Assembly (NCBI RefSeq): GCF_009914755.1
Contig: NC_060939.1
Reading direction: 5' to 3' (one strand)
Length of the DNA: 64,000 nucleotides
Source: the human T2T-CHM13v2.0 reference genome, Homo sapiens
Position 1 is the stretch's first letter. Every line of letters starts with the position of its first letter. Of the stretch, positions 29,211 to 44,970 are shown in pieces. The position numbers and the translations under genes were made by a program. The notes beneath the pieces are model-generated. The model saw only the letters and a list, made by a program, of their open reading frames with translations, was not told the origin of the DNA and searched no databases.

Positions 29211-29649
29211 TGTGAGTTGACTGAGTGTCAACTTGATTGAATTGAAGGATACGGGGTGTTGATTCCTATGTGTGTCTGTGGGGTGTTACCAAAGGAGATT
29301 AGCATTTGAGTCAGTGGGCCGGGGAAAGGCGGACCCACCCTTAATCTGGTGGGCACAATCTAATCAACTGCCAGCGAATATAAAGCAGGCGGGGAAACAT
29401 GAAAGGAGAGACGGGCCGAGCATCCCAGCCTGCATCTTTCTCCCGGGCTGGATGCTTCCTGGCCTCGAACACTGGACTCCAAGTTCTTCAGTTTGGGGAC
29501 TCGGACTGGCTCTCCTTGCTCCTCAGCTTGCAGACAGCCTGTTGTGGGACCTTGTGATCCTGTAAGCTAATACTTAATAAACTCCCCTTTATATATATGT
29601 ATATCTATCCTATTAGTTGTGTCCCTCTAAGAGAACCCTGACCAATACA
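29211..29649 (+). mobile_element. MLT2A solo LTR (ERVL)
   Basis: TG...CA termini, GAGTGTCAACTTGATTG, internal AATAAA, perfect 5-bp TSD CCATA. Confidence 0.9.
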
Positions 29650-30974
29650 CCATATGAAAATTGAAAAAAAAATCGAGTAACTTTGCAGTGGAGAAATTTG
29701 ACAAACACTACCCCAGCCAAGCAATCAAAGTGAAAATGAACAGCGATATGCCTTGTTGATAATATGTCATTGAAATGGTGTGACGAAAATGGCACTTTTC
29801 CACTGTGGTCTTCTCCAGAACACATAACCTCAGTCTAATCATGAGAGAAACATCAATCAAATCCCAGTTGAGGGTCATTCTACAAAATACCTAACAAGGA
29901 CTTCTCAGAACTATCACGGTCATCAATAACACGAAGACCAGAAAAACTGTCACAGACAAGAGGAGTCTATGGAGACAGGACAACCAAATGGAATATATTA
30001 TTGTGGTTGGGATCCTGGAACAGAAAGAGGATACTAGAGAAAAACTAAGGAAATCTGAATAAACTGTGGGCTTTAGTTAATACTATATCAATATTGATTC
30101 GTTAATTGTAAAAAATGTACCATAGGAATGAGAAATGTTAATAATAGGAGAAATTTGATGTGGGCTGTATAGAAGTCTCTTTACTATCTTAGTAATTTTT
30201 TGGTAAATCTAAAACTATTTTAAAATTGAAAGCTTATTAAAAATAAATTTAAAATGTGATTGATAATTAAAGTCGTATAATTATGCAGCTGATGCTATAA
30301 TTAAACTAATAAGAAGAATATAATTAGATTCACATGTACTGATATGGAAGAAAGCCAAAGATACATTATGTTAAAAAAAAGCAAATTGCAAAAACATCGA
30401 TTGCTGTGACCCACTTTATGCAAAAATGTGAACACATATGCATACACCTAAATAGTTGAAGAGGTACACACTAAAGTATGGTTACTTCAAAGATAGCAGT
30501 AACATTGAGGTGGTTGTAAAAAATGGAGTGAATGTGGGCATAGGCCTTTTTTTCTATACATTTCTCTTATTTGAATATTTTATAATAAACATGTATTTGT
30601 AGATACGTATAAGTTCTTTATGATTTAAAATGCTTTTCTTAGATATATCTTAACTTCTTTTGCTACCAAGTCTGCCTTAATCCATTATTCCCTTTCATTA
30701 ATGTAACATCAAGTGTCTTCTCCAATGCTTCTTTTTGCTAGGCACGTAAACAAGACTAAGTTTCTCCCAGGTTAAAGAGGAAAATAACAAAACAAAATAA
30801 AACAAAAAGCTACCTTATGCCTTTCAGTTACCCCGTATTTTTTTTCTGCCAAATTTCCTGAAGGTGTTGTCTATGGTCATTATTTCTACTTCCCTATGTA
30901 GCTTTCTCTGTCAGTTCACTGCAGGCTGTCTTCTGCCTTTACCTCTCTACTCAATCCAGTGTATGGCAACCTTC

Positions 30975-31135
30975 CTGACAGTGTGGTGGAGAGGGTAAAG
31001 CTCTGGGCACATTTGGGCTCTGTGTCTGAGAATTTGCATATTTTGCTTTACTTTCCTAATCTCAATTTCCTTACGTCTAAAATGAGGACAGTATCCTTCT
31101 TGCCAACTTCTAGTATAGAAACTGATACATAACAT
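30975..31135 (+). mobile_element. MIR fragment
   Basis: CTCAATTTCCTTACGTCTAAAATGAGGA core. Confidence 0.5.
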
Positions 31136-31399
31136 ATTTTTAAAAATATTGATCAGATGATCTAAAAAGCAATCTCGTCATAGCATCATGGCAAAGATGT
31201 AATCCCTCACCATCTTTCCTCTAGATTCTTGCGGTGGTCTACTAGTGTTATAGATGAACTAACCTCCCTAAAGAGTCTCAGTGTGTCTGCCCTCACAACC
31301 CTTCAAATCTCTGTCAACACAATATCCAGAGTGGGCCCATTGAAGCCTAAAAAATGTGCATGTCTCCTCTCCTCAGAACCTTCCAGAGCCTACTATTGC

Positions 31400-32375
31400 A
31401 CAAGAATGTGTTTGTGTAGTGTTTGTATGGCATGTGTATATGTGTGTGTGAGAGAGAATGTGTATTTGTGGAGGTAATCCTAGGAATCAACAACACTGGA
31501 GTGGAAAACTATGGCAGGGAAGAAAGGAAGCCATTAAAGTTTTGTTATCAAGCAGCATACTGCTGTGGGCACCAGGTGCCTAGGCTCAGTAGGAAACTCA
31601 GAAGGGTAGGGTGAATATGACCCAGAGGAGTTCCAACCAAGGTTCTAAGAAGCTGAGAATTTGGTCCACACTATCTGGCAGTTATTGGTTGATGGCTGCT
31701 TTGGGGAAGGATGTGGAAGGAATGCATTACTTTCTAACATGTCCAATCTACTTTATCTTTAAGCCTGGCAAACTGTAGCAGCCAAAGAGAGCGCTCAGTT
31801 GAAGACCTGTCAATAGGGAGCATACCCAAGAATGGTGAAAGCCAAGGAGATATGGATGGGTTGCTGACAGCATCTACTAAAATGTCTTCTTTTCAAATAT
31901 CTAATGTATTTGTATTTCCTTTTTAACCCTATGCATCATGTAAGGTTCTTTAGGAAATAGAAGGCATATTCACAGGGGATAATTAAAGAGAATTTAACAA
32001 AATGGCTATTTATAAATATGTAAGCAGTTTTCAAGAATTTCACAAGTTAGAAGAAAGCTAGATGGACTAAAGCTATTTCCATTGTCTAAAGGAGCAAGGG
32101 TAGGGAACAGACACTTGAACCTATTAGATGTGGCTTTAAGTAACAGAAATCAGGCACCGCCAAGCTACGCCTCAGCAGGGAAGGATCCTGAGAAATCACA
32201 CTCAGATTGATCTCTCCTCCAACCTCTGATCTGCTCTTTGTGTTTTGTTGGTCAAAGCAATAACAAGTCAGAGTATAGAAAGTGAAGCAGTACTGAAGAG
32301 TCAGTGGCCAGAGCTCAAAGCTCACTGAAGTATGAGAAGTGGAGCCAGAGGAGCAGGTGGAGAATATTCAGCATG
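31400..32375. mobile_element. Old MLT1-type LTR fragments
   Basis: Degenerate MaLR-like sequence, recognised by eye. Confidence 0.4.
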
Positions 32376-33179
32376 ACTAGGGCAATGTAAGTTGTAAGAG
32401 AGCCTGATTTTTGTCCCCCTGTTTCCTGCACTATCCCCTACAAATAGAACAGTGCCTCATACATAGTCAGTACTAAATAGATATTTGTTGAATGTTTCAG
32501 TCCATTCACAATACTTTTGCTATTCATTGTAAATTATTCCAAGATTGCACTTCGTTTAACTTTTGCCTTCCAAAAAGTGCAAATTGATATCTCGATATTG
32601 TGAATGAATACCCTTAAAATGTTTAAGTGCTTCATCATAGGGGAGTGTCACAGCTTCGAATAATCGTGATGTAAAGACTGGTTTTTTAAAAAAGTCGTCT
32701 TCTCTTGTAACTCAATATTTCCATTTCCTCTTCTCGATGAAGCAATAAAAATGGTTTTCCTGAGTTGCCAGATAAAGTCCTTATTCAAAAACTGTTTGAC
32801 TTCCATGAACCCAAAATAATTCCACTTGATAAAGTATATTTTATTAGTATTTACCATCACCTTAAGGAAAGGCATATGTAGGAGATTGCCTAGTGCTGAT
32901 ATTGGAGGACCATATATCAGAAAAATATATATTAAATTACACTTGATCATTTCTATATTTCTAACTTGAGAGAATATTTCTGTCAGTCAGTGATTCAGGA
33001 TCCTGTATTTAATTAGCTGTTAAACATTTATTACAATTTTTGATTTTGTCATTTTTTATTAAAATAGTTTTAACAAACATGATTCATTGAAAATAATATT
33101 CTCATCCCACGTTAAAGATAGTTTTCTACTTTTATTTTTTCTACTCAACTCTTTTTACCTTATATTCATCAAAGAAAAG

Positions 33180-33630
33180 TAGAAGTAAACGTATCCCCCC
33201 AAAATTCATTTCTACTTGGGCTCTGTGAATTTGACTTTATTTGAAAATAAGATATTTTCAAAGATAATGAAGTTAAGATGAATTTACACTGGATTGCTAA
33301 AGATCTGAAATCCAGTATGACTGATGTTCTTATGAGAAGAGGGGAATTTAGAGACAGACACAGGCACATAGAAGAGATGCGTGTGTAGATGGAGACAGAG
33401 GTTGGAGTTAGGTTGCCACTGGCAAGAGTACCAAAGGTTGATGGCAACCACCAAAAACTAGGGAAGAAGCATGAGCTCGATTTTCCCTCAGAGCCCACAG
33501 AAGGAGCCAATCCTATTCACACCTTCATTTCAAATGTTCAGACTCCAGAACCACAAGAGAATGAATATCTGTTGTTTGAAGTCACCAGGTTTGTGGTGAT
33601 TTGTTACAGCAGTCCAAGGAAATTTATACA
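33180..33630 (+). mobile_element. MLT1C-like LTR
   Basis: CCCTCAGAGCCCACAGAAGGAGCCAA...TTTGTTACAGCAG...ATACA. Confidence 0.8.
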
Positions 33631-33720
33631 GAATAAAATACAGTACCAGATCTGTTCTCATCCACTGGCAAACATTTTTTGGAATATTAAATCTGGAAAT
33701 GAAGAGTGGATTGCCACTTT

Positions 33721-34020
<300 letters not shown>

Positions 34021-35094
34021 ATTGCCACTTTGGGAGTATCAAGAGTCGGCCCTTATTAGCAAGTATTTCTATCTGCCCGTTTGGGTTGAGCAAAATTAGA
34101 ACTGACAACGGACTAGATGCTTCTATTACCAGTATTTCAACCTCCAGAGGATCCGGATAACAGTTTTCAAGTAACTCTCATAGTAGCCTAAGCTTACTTA
34201 AACTCTGAAATGAAAGAATAGAAATAGACTCAGGATGCCAAAAAGTCATACATTTATGATTTAAACTCATCAAACTGAAATTTAAAATAAAAATTATCTT
34301 GAAAACCTGCTACATAGCAAACACTGTGTTAGGTTCTGGGAATACAACATCGAATAAGACAATTTCCCTGACTTCAAGGAATTTGAAGTATGACTGTAAG
34401 ATACAATGAAATGTACAATGAAAAGGGAAACAGGAGGCTACAGAAATAAAATGAGGCCTATCATATTTAGCTATATGCTGAAGGCATTTGCAAGTCGTTG
34501 AGGAGTTTGAAGTTGGGAAGCAACAGGATAAAATTTGTTGTTTAGAAAACAGCACGGGGTAGAGTGGAGGGTAGTTTGGGCAGATGCAAGCCTGGAATGA
34601 CTGGGAGATCAGCTAGGCCAGTATAGCTGACATTCTGAGAAAAAGGTGAGGTGGCTTCACATAGAGTTAGCAATGAAAAAATGAAAGTGAAAAAATGGAC
34701 GGATTACAAGGATGTTTAAATGGTTAATCAGCAAAGTTTAGGGATTTAATTGGGGGTAGAGATGGGAAGGAAAGACAGTGGGGAGGGAAAGGCAGATTCC
34801 AGTTAGTGGAAGTTAGTGGCATCATGGTGCAGTTTTCTCTAGGCAGGAGGCCCAAGATGAAGGGCAGGGTCCAGGTACACAACGGAGAGGCAGGTACAAT
34901 GGGCTACATTCAAGGAAACAGATTTTCTGTTATTTACATTCAAGTTATTTATATACCCACCCACTCACAGACACTCTTTTTTTATTCTTTCAAATGAATT
35001 AGCCTACTCCTCTCTATTTATGAACAGCATTTGGTTGATTTGGCTCATTATTTAACTAAACTAAGTTCAGTCAACTTTCAAAAATAGCAAAAAC

Positions 35095-35357
35095 AGGCCA
35101 AAGTGGGAGGATCACTTGAGACCAGGAGTTTGAGACCAGCCTAGGCAATATAGTGAGACCCCTGTTTCTACAAAAACAAAACAACAACAACAAAAAGTAT
35201 CCATGCCTGGTGTTACGCATTTGTAATCCCAAATTACAAAGGCTGAGGACAGATGATGGCTTGAGCTCAAGTGTTCAAGGCTGCAGTGAGCTATGCTCTC
35301 ACCACTGCAGTCTAGCCTGGGTGACAGAGAGAGACCATGTCTCAAAATTTAAAAAAA
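35095..35357 (+). mobile_element. 5'-truncated AluJ
   Basis: Diverged Alu with GGCTGCAGTGAGCTATG. Confidence 0.88.
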
Positions 35358-37211
35358 GTATTTCTTGATATTACACAGCTAGATATTTTCAAAACATAAT
35401 TAACAAATAAAAGAAATAATTTGAGGTAATTGTAAAAGACATAATTTTAAGTAAAATTTAAAAATCTTCACGAATATTCCTTGCTCTCATTAGATGGTGA
35501 ATATTTAACCGAACTTTGCAGGTGATGGCAGAGACACAGGCTAATAATAAACATGATGACTTGAAGTAGTAACTCAATTTATTATTTTAATATATATTAA
35601 AGTTAAGTACGATAAATTTATTTAAATTAAAAGAAAAAGTCATATTTAATTTTGTGGAAATACTAAGTAAATAAAAAGTGTAAACATTGTTCCAGAAATA
35701 AAACTGCAACCCTTTAATGATCTGATCCTAGGCCTCAACCTGGCTCTCAGTTCTAAAGTCTTTTCGTTCTAAGTGTTTGCTCTAACACTGGATCCCTGTG
35801 TGTTTTACTCCAAATGCAGATCCCAGGGTACAAGGATGAGACAAATTGCATATAATCAAAAGGGAAAAACCAATAACTATGACTAAATTAGAGAAACAAC
35901 TGGCACGGAAGAGCGTGAGTCAGAACTACTAGTTTTCTAGTTTTTTCTTTTAATTCAAAAATTGAAGCATGGACAGGTGTATTCTGTGTCCTGTGAAGCT
36001 GTGGGGCAATTTTAAAGGCCATCCTTTCAGTAGTGTCAACACTGGTAACCTCAATGTTAACCACATGCTCTGCACAATGAATACTTCAAATTTTCCAAGA
36101 CAAGTCTGCAGAAAACAGGAAACGGATTCTTCATTCTGCACTTTTTTATTTCTAAGGTTACATTCTTTTAACTTTTCAGACTGTTACTACAGTTTATATC
36201 ACATACTGAATGTTTCCTAGAAAACTAACAAAGTTGAGATCACCTGAATTGCTTTTCTATTTTCCTGCACACTGGTATGAATCATACTTCTCTAAGCAAA
36301 TATGTTCCTTAATGTATTACTTTTCTTACTTTGAAAACTCTAAAACTACCTACTCTAATTTATAATATCACAGAACTTTACCCTGTGTTTACTATACATT
36401 TACCTCAATTTTATCATTTTTATTCTACATACAACCCTCATGAGATTGTCACTGTCTTTCTTATCATCTGTGTGAGCATTAGTCATGAGGCTGGAAACTT
36501 CTTGGGGTAAAAAATATTCCAATATTCATAATTATATCGGCTAGCTTCCAGCATCATACATGACATAGGGATTTTATCTGTTGTTTGAAATTGACAGAGC
36601 CTTCTAAAACCATATAATCACTCATTGGCTTGGCACTCTACATGGCAATATTTATCAATGACTATGAAGTGCAAGACACAATACAAAGTGTATATCCAAT
36701 CTTATAGAGAGCATTTGGGGACATCTATGTTGCAAAATTTAGAGTTCTCTTTATTTGGATTTGAGAATGATAATGTGACATGTATGCTGTTTTAAAGCCA
36801 CACCTGTTCCAGCACTGGACAGCACCACGTTTTGCCTCCCATGTTTCCAGATCATGTTTTGCCACCAAATGAGTTCAAATTGTGTCAAGTGTTGTTGAAT
36901 AATACAATATGTAAAAATCTTCTAGTTTTAAGAGCTGGTATTTTGGTTTTATTGTTGTTGTTGCTGTTGTTTCAGGATTTTAAACTGTGGAACACATTGT
37001 CAGTGATCCAAAGAAGGAAGAGATAGGCATTTCAGGAAAATGACATAAAGTGTAAGAAAATAGAGATGAGGGAAAAAAAAAAAAAGAAATACTTTAGAAA
37101 AGACATGTAATCCAGAGAGCTGGGAGAGTAGATCTTGGGAAGGGGTCAAGTGCATTACAGCTGGAGCAAGGCATCAGGGTTGAATTATAGGAGATGTATG
37201 TTTTGCTCCTA

Positions 37212-38420
37212 TTTTTTTTCCTGCTTTATTGAGATATAATTGACAAATAAAGTTGTATATGTTTAAGGTATACAACATAGTGAGTTAATATGTTTATGTG
37301 CTGTGAAGTGATTACCACAATCAAGCTAATTAAAACACCCATCACCTCACATAGTTACTCATTTTCTGTATGTGCTGAGAACACTTGAGATCTACTCTCG
37401 GCAAATTTCAACTCTACAACACAGTGTCATTAACTATAGTCACCATGCGTACATTACATCACTCGAACCTATTAATCTTATAACTGGAAGTTTATATCCT
37501 TTGGTCAATTTCTCCTCATTCTCCCAACTTCCTAGCCCCTGGCAAACACCATTCTACCCTCTGCCTCTGTGAATTCGACTTCTTTAGGTTCCACATATAA
37601 GTGAGACCATATAGTATTTGTCTTTCTTTGTCTACCTTATTTCACCTAGCATAATATTCTCCAGGTTCATCCGTGTTGTCACAAGTGGCAAGATTTCCTC
37701 TGTTTCATACCTAATATTGTACTGTGTATATACCACATTTTCTTCATCCATTCATCTGTTGGCAGATGCTTTAATCTGTTTCCATAACTTGGCTATTATG
37801 AATAATACTGAGGTGAACATGGGAGTGCAGATATCTCTTCAAGATACTGATCTATTTTCCTTTGCATATATACCAAGAAGTGAGATAGCTGGATCATTTG
37901 GTAGTTCACTTTTTATTTACTTATTTATTTTTAAGGAACCTCCGTATGGTTTTCCATAATGACCATACCCAATTAAACTCTCACCAATAGTGTACAAAGA
38001 TTCCTCTTTCTCCACACCCTTGCCAATGCTTGTTATTTCTTGTCTCTTTTTAAATAATAGGCATCCTAACATGTGTGAAATGACATCTCATTATGATTTT
38101 GATTTGAATTTCCATGAAGGTTTGTGATGTTAACCATTTTTTCACGTACCTATTGGCCATTTTTATGTTTTTTTTAGAAAAATGTCATTCTTGTGTACAT
38201 GTACCCTAGAACTTAAAGTATAATGATAATCAAAATAAATAAAATAAAAAAAGGAAAAATGTCATTCCAGTCCTTTGCCCATTTTTAACCAGGTTTTTCT
38301 TTTGCTATTGAGTTGTAGTTTCATATATAATTTGGATATTAACCTCTTAACAGACATCTGGTTTGCAAATATTTTCTTTCACTCCCTGGGTTGCCTTTTC
38401 ATTTGCTTGACTTTTTTTTT
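37212..38420 (-). mobile_element. L1MA9/10-like 3' end
   Basis: TTTATTGAGATATAATTGACAAATAAA terminus and collinear 3'UTR/ORF2. Confidence 0.85.
38191..38253 (+). mobile_element. Ultra-short L1PA insertion
   Basis: About 32 bp of L1 terminus plus A-rich tail; perfect 14-bp TSD GAAAAATGTCATTC. Confidence 0.9.
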
Positions 38421-39689
38421 TTTTTTGCCTCTTCCAGAGCAATTAAATACACTATTAGCTATGCTAGTCCTTATTTATTCATGACTCCCTATCTCTAGAC
38501 AGAAAACTCTGGGGAACAACTGGCCCCTATATCTTCCCGCTTACTAGATGTGCATGTTCTACAGACACTTTAAATTCAATTTGTCTAACCATATTCATCC
38601 ATTAATTTAATAAGCCATTATTAGCCAATGTATAAGACATTGGAGGTTCAATGGTGAAAGTCATACCAATTGCATTTTTGGTGCAATTACTTCAATAATG
38701 TAATTATTACATTACAAAATTACAAACCGAAGCATACTCTGATGGAAGGAATGAATGTCCTTCTCAGAGAGTATCTAAGAAGGTAGCTTTTCCACATCTG
38801 GTGGGGCTGATGTTCTCTGAGGAAGTGAAAGCTGATCTGGGATATGAGAGTGAAAAGGAAAGGAAGGAAGGCTACCAGAATGGAAACAAGCATGTGCAAA
38901 ACCCCTGTGGCAAGGCAGAGTGGAAGGAATCAGAGAAAGTGAAAGAAACCCGTGTGGAAAGAAAGCCAAGGAACCACAGCTTGTATATGAAACCATCACT
39001 GTTAGCCCTCTAGAAGCCTTCTGTCTGCTCAGCCCCCTTTCTTCCACTGAAGGAATAGTAACTACACTGTTCAAATATTTATGGCAATAATTCCTTATTA
39101 TATTTAGTTACCACTCTTAAGAATTTCCTTTTAAGTTTATATAAATGGAACCATAAAGCATATAGTCTTTGTGTATGATTTTACCTACAGTACATTTTGT
39201 TTTCCAATTTGTTTGTGTTCTTGAGTCGCACATTTCATTCATTTTGGATGCTCGAGAGGATTCTTTGTTTGAATATACAATAATCCATGAACCTAATGCT
39301 TTGATGATGAACATTTTTGATGTTTCTGTGTTTCTAGTGATCACAAATCATATATGATTAAACATCTAGGCACACATATGCACGTCATTTCTCTAGAATA
39401 AACAGCAAGATGTATATATATTTGTATATATATATGAACATGAACATATGCAAACACAAGTTCATGCATAATACTAATATAAAATTATGTACTATTCTAT
39501 CTCCTTTCACATATTTTCTGTTTTTGTCTCTCTTTTCATCATTATTGATGTTTTCTTCTTCCCTTTCTTCCATTTAATGATCTCTCTGCATCTTATCCAT
39601 TGAATTCTTAGTTTAGGCTATTTCACATATTACATTGTTTTAGTTCTAGAATTTCTATTACTTTCTTTTCTGAAAAATCTGCCTGACAG

Positions 39690-39880
39690 ATCTCTTAGTC
39701 TACACAATCTAACACGATTTTCTATTATGATGGAAATATTCTATAAATCAGTATTGCACAATGCAGTATTAACCAACCACACATAGCTATTCAGCTCTTG
39801 ACTAAAGAATTGAATTTTTACTTTTATTTATTTATAATTATTTCAAAGTTAACATTGGTAGCAACTTTTATATTAGATAG
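39690..39880. mobile_element. MER3-like hAT-Charlie remnant
   Basis: TGATGGAAATATTCTATA...ACATAGCTATT...GAATTGAATTTTTA. Confidence 0.5.
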
Positions 39881-39949
39881 AAGGTCTTCTATGATTCTAT
39901 TTTCACCATCCACTTAAACTTAAAAGAAAAAAAAAAACCTAACTCACTC

Positions 39950-40260
39950 AGGGGAGGCATGGTGGCTCATGCCTGTAGTCACAGCACTTTGGGAGGCCAA
40001 GGCAGGAGGGTTGTTTGACTCAGGAGTTTGAGACCAGCCTGGGCAACAAAGTAAAATCCGATCTCTAATCATAATAATATAAATAATTAGCTGGGAGTAT
40101 TGGCATGCGCCTATGCTCCCAGCTATTAGGGAGGGTGAGATGGGAGGATCACTTGAGCCTGAGAGATGAAGGCTGCAGTGAGACCTATCATGCCTCTGCA
40201 CTCTGACCTGGGCAACAGAACGAGACCCTCTCTCAAAAAACACAAAAAACATAAAAACTA
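39950..40260 (+). mobile_element. AluJ
   Basis: Diverged full dimer. Confidence 0.88.
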
Positions 40261-40839
40261 AAATGCTCAATTGGAAAAATTTGAAAAAAAAATAGACAAT
40301 CATAATCAATTAAGACTCAATTGTCAACACTCATAGTGTATAAATTATATACACTAAATGAGATTGTGTGCATACTATCCATATCTATACACATACACAT
40401 AAACAAAATAAATTTTAGTAATGTTAGTTTATGTATTTTATAGCCTATTTTTTCAAACAATATTTATAAAATAATTTTATGGCATTAACTAGTGTCTAAA
40501 ATCATAGACTGTAATGACTGTGTAAGATTTTACTCTTGGTTCTATAATAATATTGTCTTATTACTCGACATTTAGACGACTATTTTGATACTGTTGCTAA
40601 CATGATTATCTCTAGCTGATTTCTTAGGATTATTGAGATAAAAGTAGGATTGCTGGAATAAAATATCCAAATATTAAAACATTTTTGGTATTTATTGTCA
40701 AATTGTTTTTCGGAAAAGTTATACCAGCTTGAATTGCCATTAGAGTAAGATAAGAATGCAGTGTGAATTTAAGTCCTGTTTCTCCTCTACCTTTTCCTAT
40801 CTCCTCTCTTTCTGTATCACCATATGACATTTGTCATAG

Positions 40840-41196
<357 letters not shown>

Positions 41197-41829
41197 CAGC
41201 TCTCCTGTCTTAAATGCTAAATCTCACATCCATATTTCCAATCTGTCATGTCTTCCAAGATCAAGTTCCACTTTTCCAACATGTCTGCTATATATATATA
41301 TGCGTGCTTGTCCCTACTGACTCTCATCGCATCTAGAGCTCAATTTTTAACATTATCTCTTCCCCCAGCCTATCCTAATAACTCAACTCCCCATGTGTTC
41401 AGATTTCCCTTTTCTGTAAGCAATCCTATTGTCACTTGAGCACAAAACTCCCACTCTTTGTCGCTTTTCCTTTATCTCACAAATGCCGACAGTCATCAAG
41501 AATGATTAAATTTTCATTCGCAATATGAATCCAAGACATGTCTTCCCTTGCATACTGCTGCTTCCATGCTAGAACAGGCCTTTATCACCATGGCAATTTT
41601 CTTTTAAATACTGTTCCTGCATTTAGACTTTCCTTCCATTAATCTATTCTACTCAATGCTTCTAAACTAATCTACTCAATTTATCATTTTGAGGGTACCA
41701 CTGTCTTCATCAAAAGTCTTCAATGTCCCCCTGTTGTGTTGTAAGCAACCCCAAGTTGCATAATTTGTCATTTATCCATTTGTCTTGCCAGCCAGCCATT
41801 CAAAATTTATGGAGTGCCTACATGATTTT

Positions 41830-42200
41830 TTTTCCTTTGGAGAACTGCTGGCTACTGGAACTACTGGCCCTTGCTTAAAAAGGGTGTGAAGTGCCTGGGA
41901 GTTTATATCCCCTTGAGATTTCCACTAACCAGTGACTGAAAGATACTGACAAAAGCCTCACATCCATAGTCTGAATTATAATAGCTCTGAAGCTTAGTTT
42001 ACACTCCAGTTTCCCTATGGAATCAGGCGAAAGGCTGTTCTTGGGCTTTGCACGGCGATCACACTCTTGCCTGACTTCCTTGTCTTCCTTGCCCTACTTC
42101 ACTGGTTGCCTTATTTATCTACCCTGGAGCCCTTCCTTAATAAATTATTTTTATGTGAATTCTTCTCTTAGGTTCTGCTTCTGGAAAATCCAAAGAAAAC
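41830..42200 (+). mobile_element. MLT1J-like LTR fragment
   Basis: CCTGGAGCCCTTCCTTAATAAATT...AGGTTCTGCTTCTGG. Confidence 0.55.
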
Positions 42201-44693
42201 CACTTTTGTTAAGAACCAAAGACATGATCACTACTGCGAATGAACTCACGCTGAGTAGAAAAATAGACATGCAAGCCAGCAATTTAAATTTTAATATGCT
42301 ATCTACCATAATAGTGGGATTTGCAAAGTCCTGTGAGATGAGGAAAGAATAAATACCTATCTCAGGTAAGGGAAGTCGGACTGGAAAGTCTTCCCCTAAA
42401 GTAATATCTGATCTGAAATTCAGATAAGATATTTTTTTTAGGCAGAAATAATAGGTAAACTAGTTATAACAAATAGTGTGGGAAAAATTTAATGTTATAA
42501 GAACATGAAATTCTTCAGGAACTACAAATAACTCAACGTACTATTATCAGAGGCAATATGTGATACAAGAGGGGGGAGGGAACTGATTCGAACAGGTGAG
42601 TAAGATGGCCGAAATGTGAATTCAAAACATTCTCTGAGTGTTGTAAAAAGAGCTCATCTAGTTTATCTGTCAAAGATGGCAAACAATATGGAGAACCCAG
42701 GAGGGCAATGCCTTTGATTATAGAGTTGTAGCTATTGCTCTGGCAGTATTGTGGAGGACTGCATGTGGAATTTGCAAGTAGGGCTAGTCTGGAGAAAGAA
42801 TAATCAGAAATCAAATACCATGGTGAGCACAAAGGGCTGAGAAGAGAGATAATGTGAGATATTAGAAGAAGAAATGGCAGTAGTTGGTGATTGATTGGGT
42901 CTGTGGTAAGATTCTAGGCTTTGGATCACCCTGCCAGTCACCAAATCTGATAGAATTTTTTTGACTTACTTTATCAAGATAGCAGCATTTTCCTTCCTTC
43001 TTCAGCTTCCTGTTTGATTGTTTTGCTAACTTTTGTACGTTTTCCAAATTATCCATATTGACAACACATTATTCTTTTACTTGCAAAGTGGAGTAGGTGG
43101 TAAAAATGAAATCATAGCATATAGACAACTTACTAGAAATTATTGAGTTAATCAGAAAAAGCATGCTGATAATTAAAATACATGTGAAAAAACGTCCAAC
43201 CTCAATCATAACTGTTTAAAAAATGTCAATTGAAACAATATCAGATTAACAAAAATTTTAGTTGTAAAACATTCAATTTTAGCAAAGATAAAGGAAAGAA
43301 ACATGCTAATGCACCACCTGTGAGACTATAATAGGTCCAAATTTTTGAAGAGCCATTGCAAATATCTGGCAAAGTAAAACACTCACTTCCTTTCATCCAG
43401 CAATGGCACCACTAACAATTTACACTAAGAATCAATCTAGATGAATATATATGAAGATGCTTATTACTGTATTATTTATAATAGCAAAAAAGTCCATTAA
43501 TATAAACTCATTAGCTATACTATAAAATGACCGTTCCGTGGAATATTATGCAGATGTTATAAAGAATATGTTAATATAAATGTGGTCAATAAATATTGCA
43601 TTACAAAAAGAAGAGTAGAAATTGAGCTTGTAGAGAATAATTTCATCACCACTTAATGAGAATATATATACACTGAAAATTTCTGAAAGGATCCATCCAA
43701 AACTGCTAACATTATTTACCACTGGGGCTTGAAAATGATGGAGATTTGCTCTTGTCATTTATTTTTTTCCCCAAGAACAACAGTAATTTGGCGATAAAAT
43801 TAATGGAAAGGGGCATTAACAAGATAATTGAGGGACAGTGTTTAGTTTTTACATGTTTGTGGAAGGAGATGAGGAATTAAAACTTTATATAATTCTGTTG
43901 AAATAAAATAAAAATAAAATCCTTAGAGTCACAACTCTAAGAAAGGACAAGCACTTACAGATAGGAACATAGACGCTAACCCCACATCCTGTAAGTGTCA
44001 AACCAACGACTAGGATTCAGCTCCCCTGACCCTTGCCCCAGTGCTCTTTCTATGATCCTAAGCGATAGTATATCTATGCCTAGAAAATCAAGCCAACTGA
44101 GGTGGAAAAGATCTCTGCCATTATTTCTGTCTTCTCCGAATATACGGGACTGATTTTGAGTTCATAAATAAATAAGAAATGTTGAAGGGTTGTCCATGGG
44201 ACACTAAAGTTCCACTGTATTCTCAACCAGAATTTCTTAATTCAGTACCATTGCTCTAAAAGGATGCTTTCTCAAGCACTGAAAAATATGGTTCCATTTA
44301 TGTCCCTAACTTAAGGGAAGAGACATTTTGAATTGGAGGCAAATAATCTATGTTGTAACACTTCAAAGCTAGGTCAGGAAGCTTATGCTAAATGCCTTAT
44401 GTGTACTTGTGACTTTTGTATTCTGACCCTGAATGTATTACACAGATAAGCTGACATGTCTCCAATAATTTTCCTCCTAAGTACGGTATAAATGAAATAT
44501 TAGCTCATATTATCTCGGCACCCCACCAACTGATCAGTTTGTTGCTATAAAGTGCAAATGCCCAATCATATAAAATTCCAAGCATTGCTCTGTTGAAAAT
44601 GAGAAGGCATCACTAGAATGTGAGTGAAAAGAATATTATGTGCTTCCCTTTTCTATATGTTAGATTGCTTCACATTGAAAAAATAAGTTCAAT

Positions 44694-44970
<277 letters not shown>

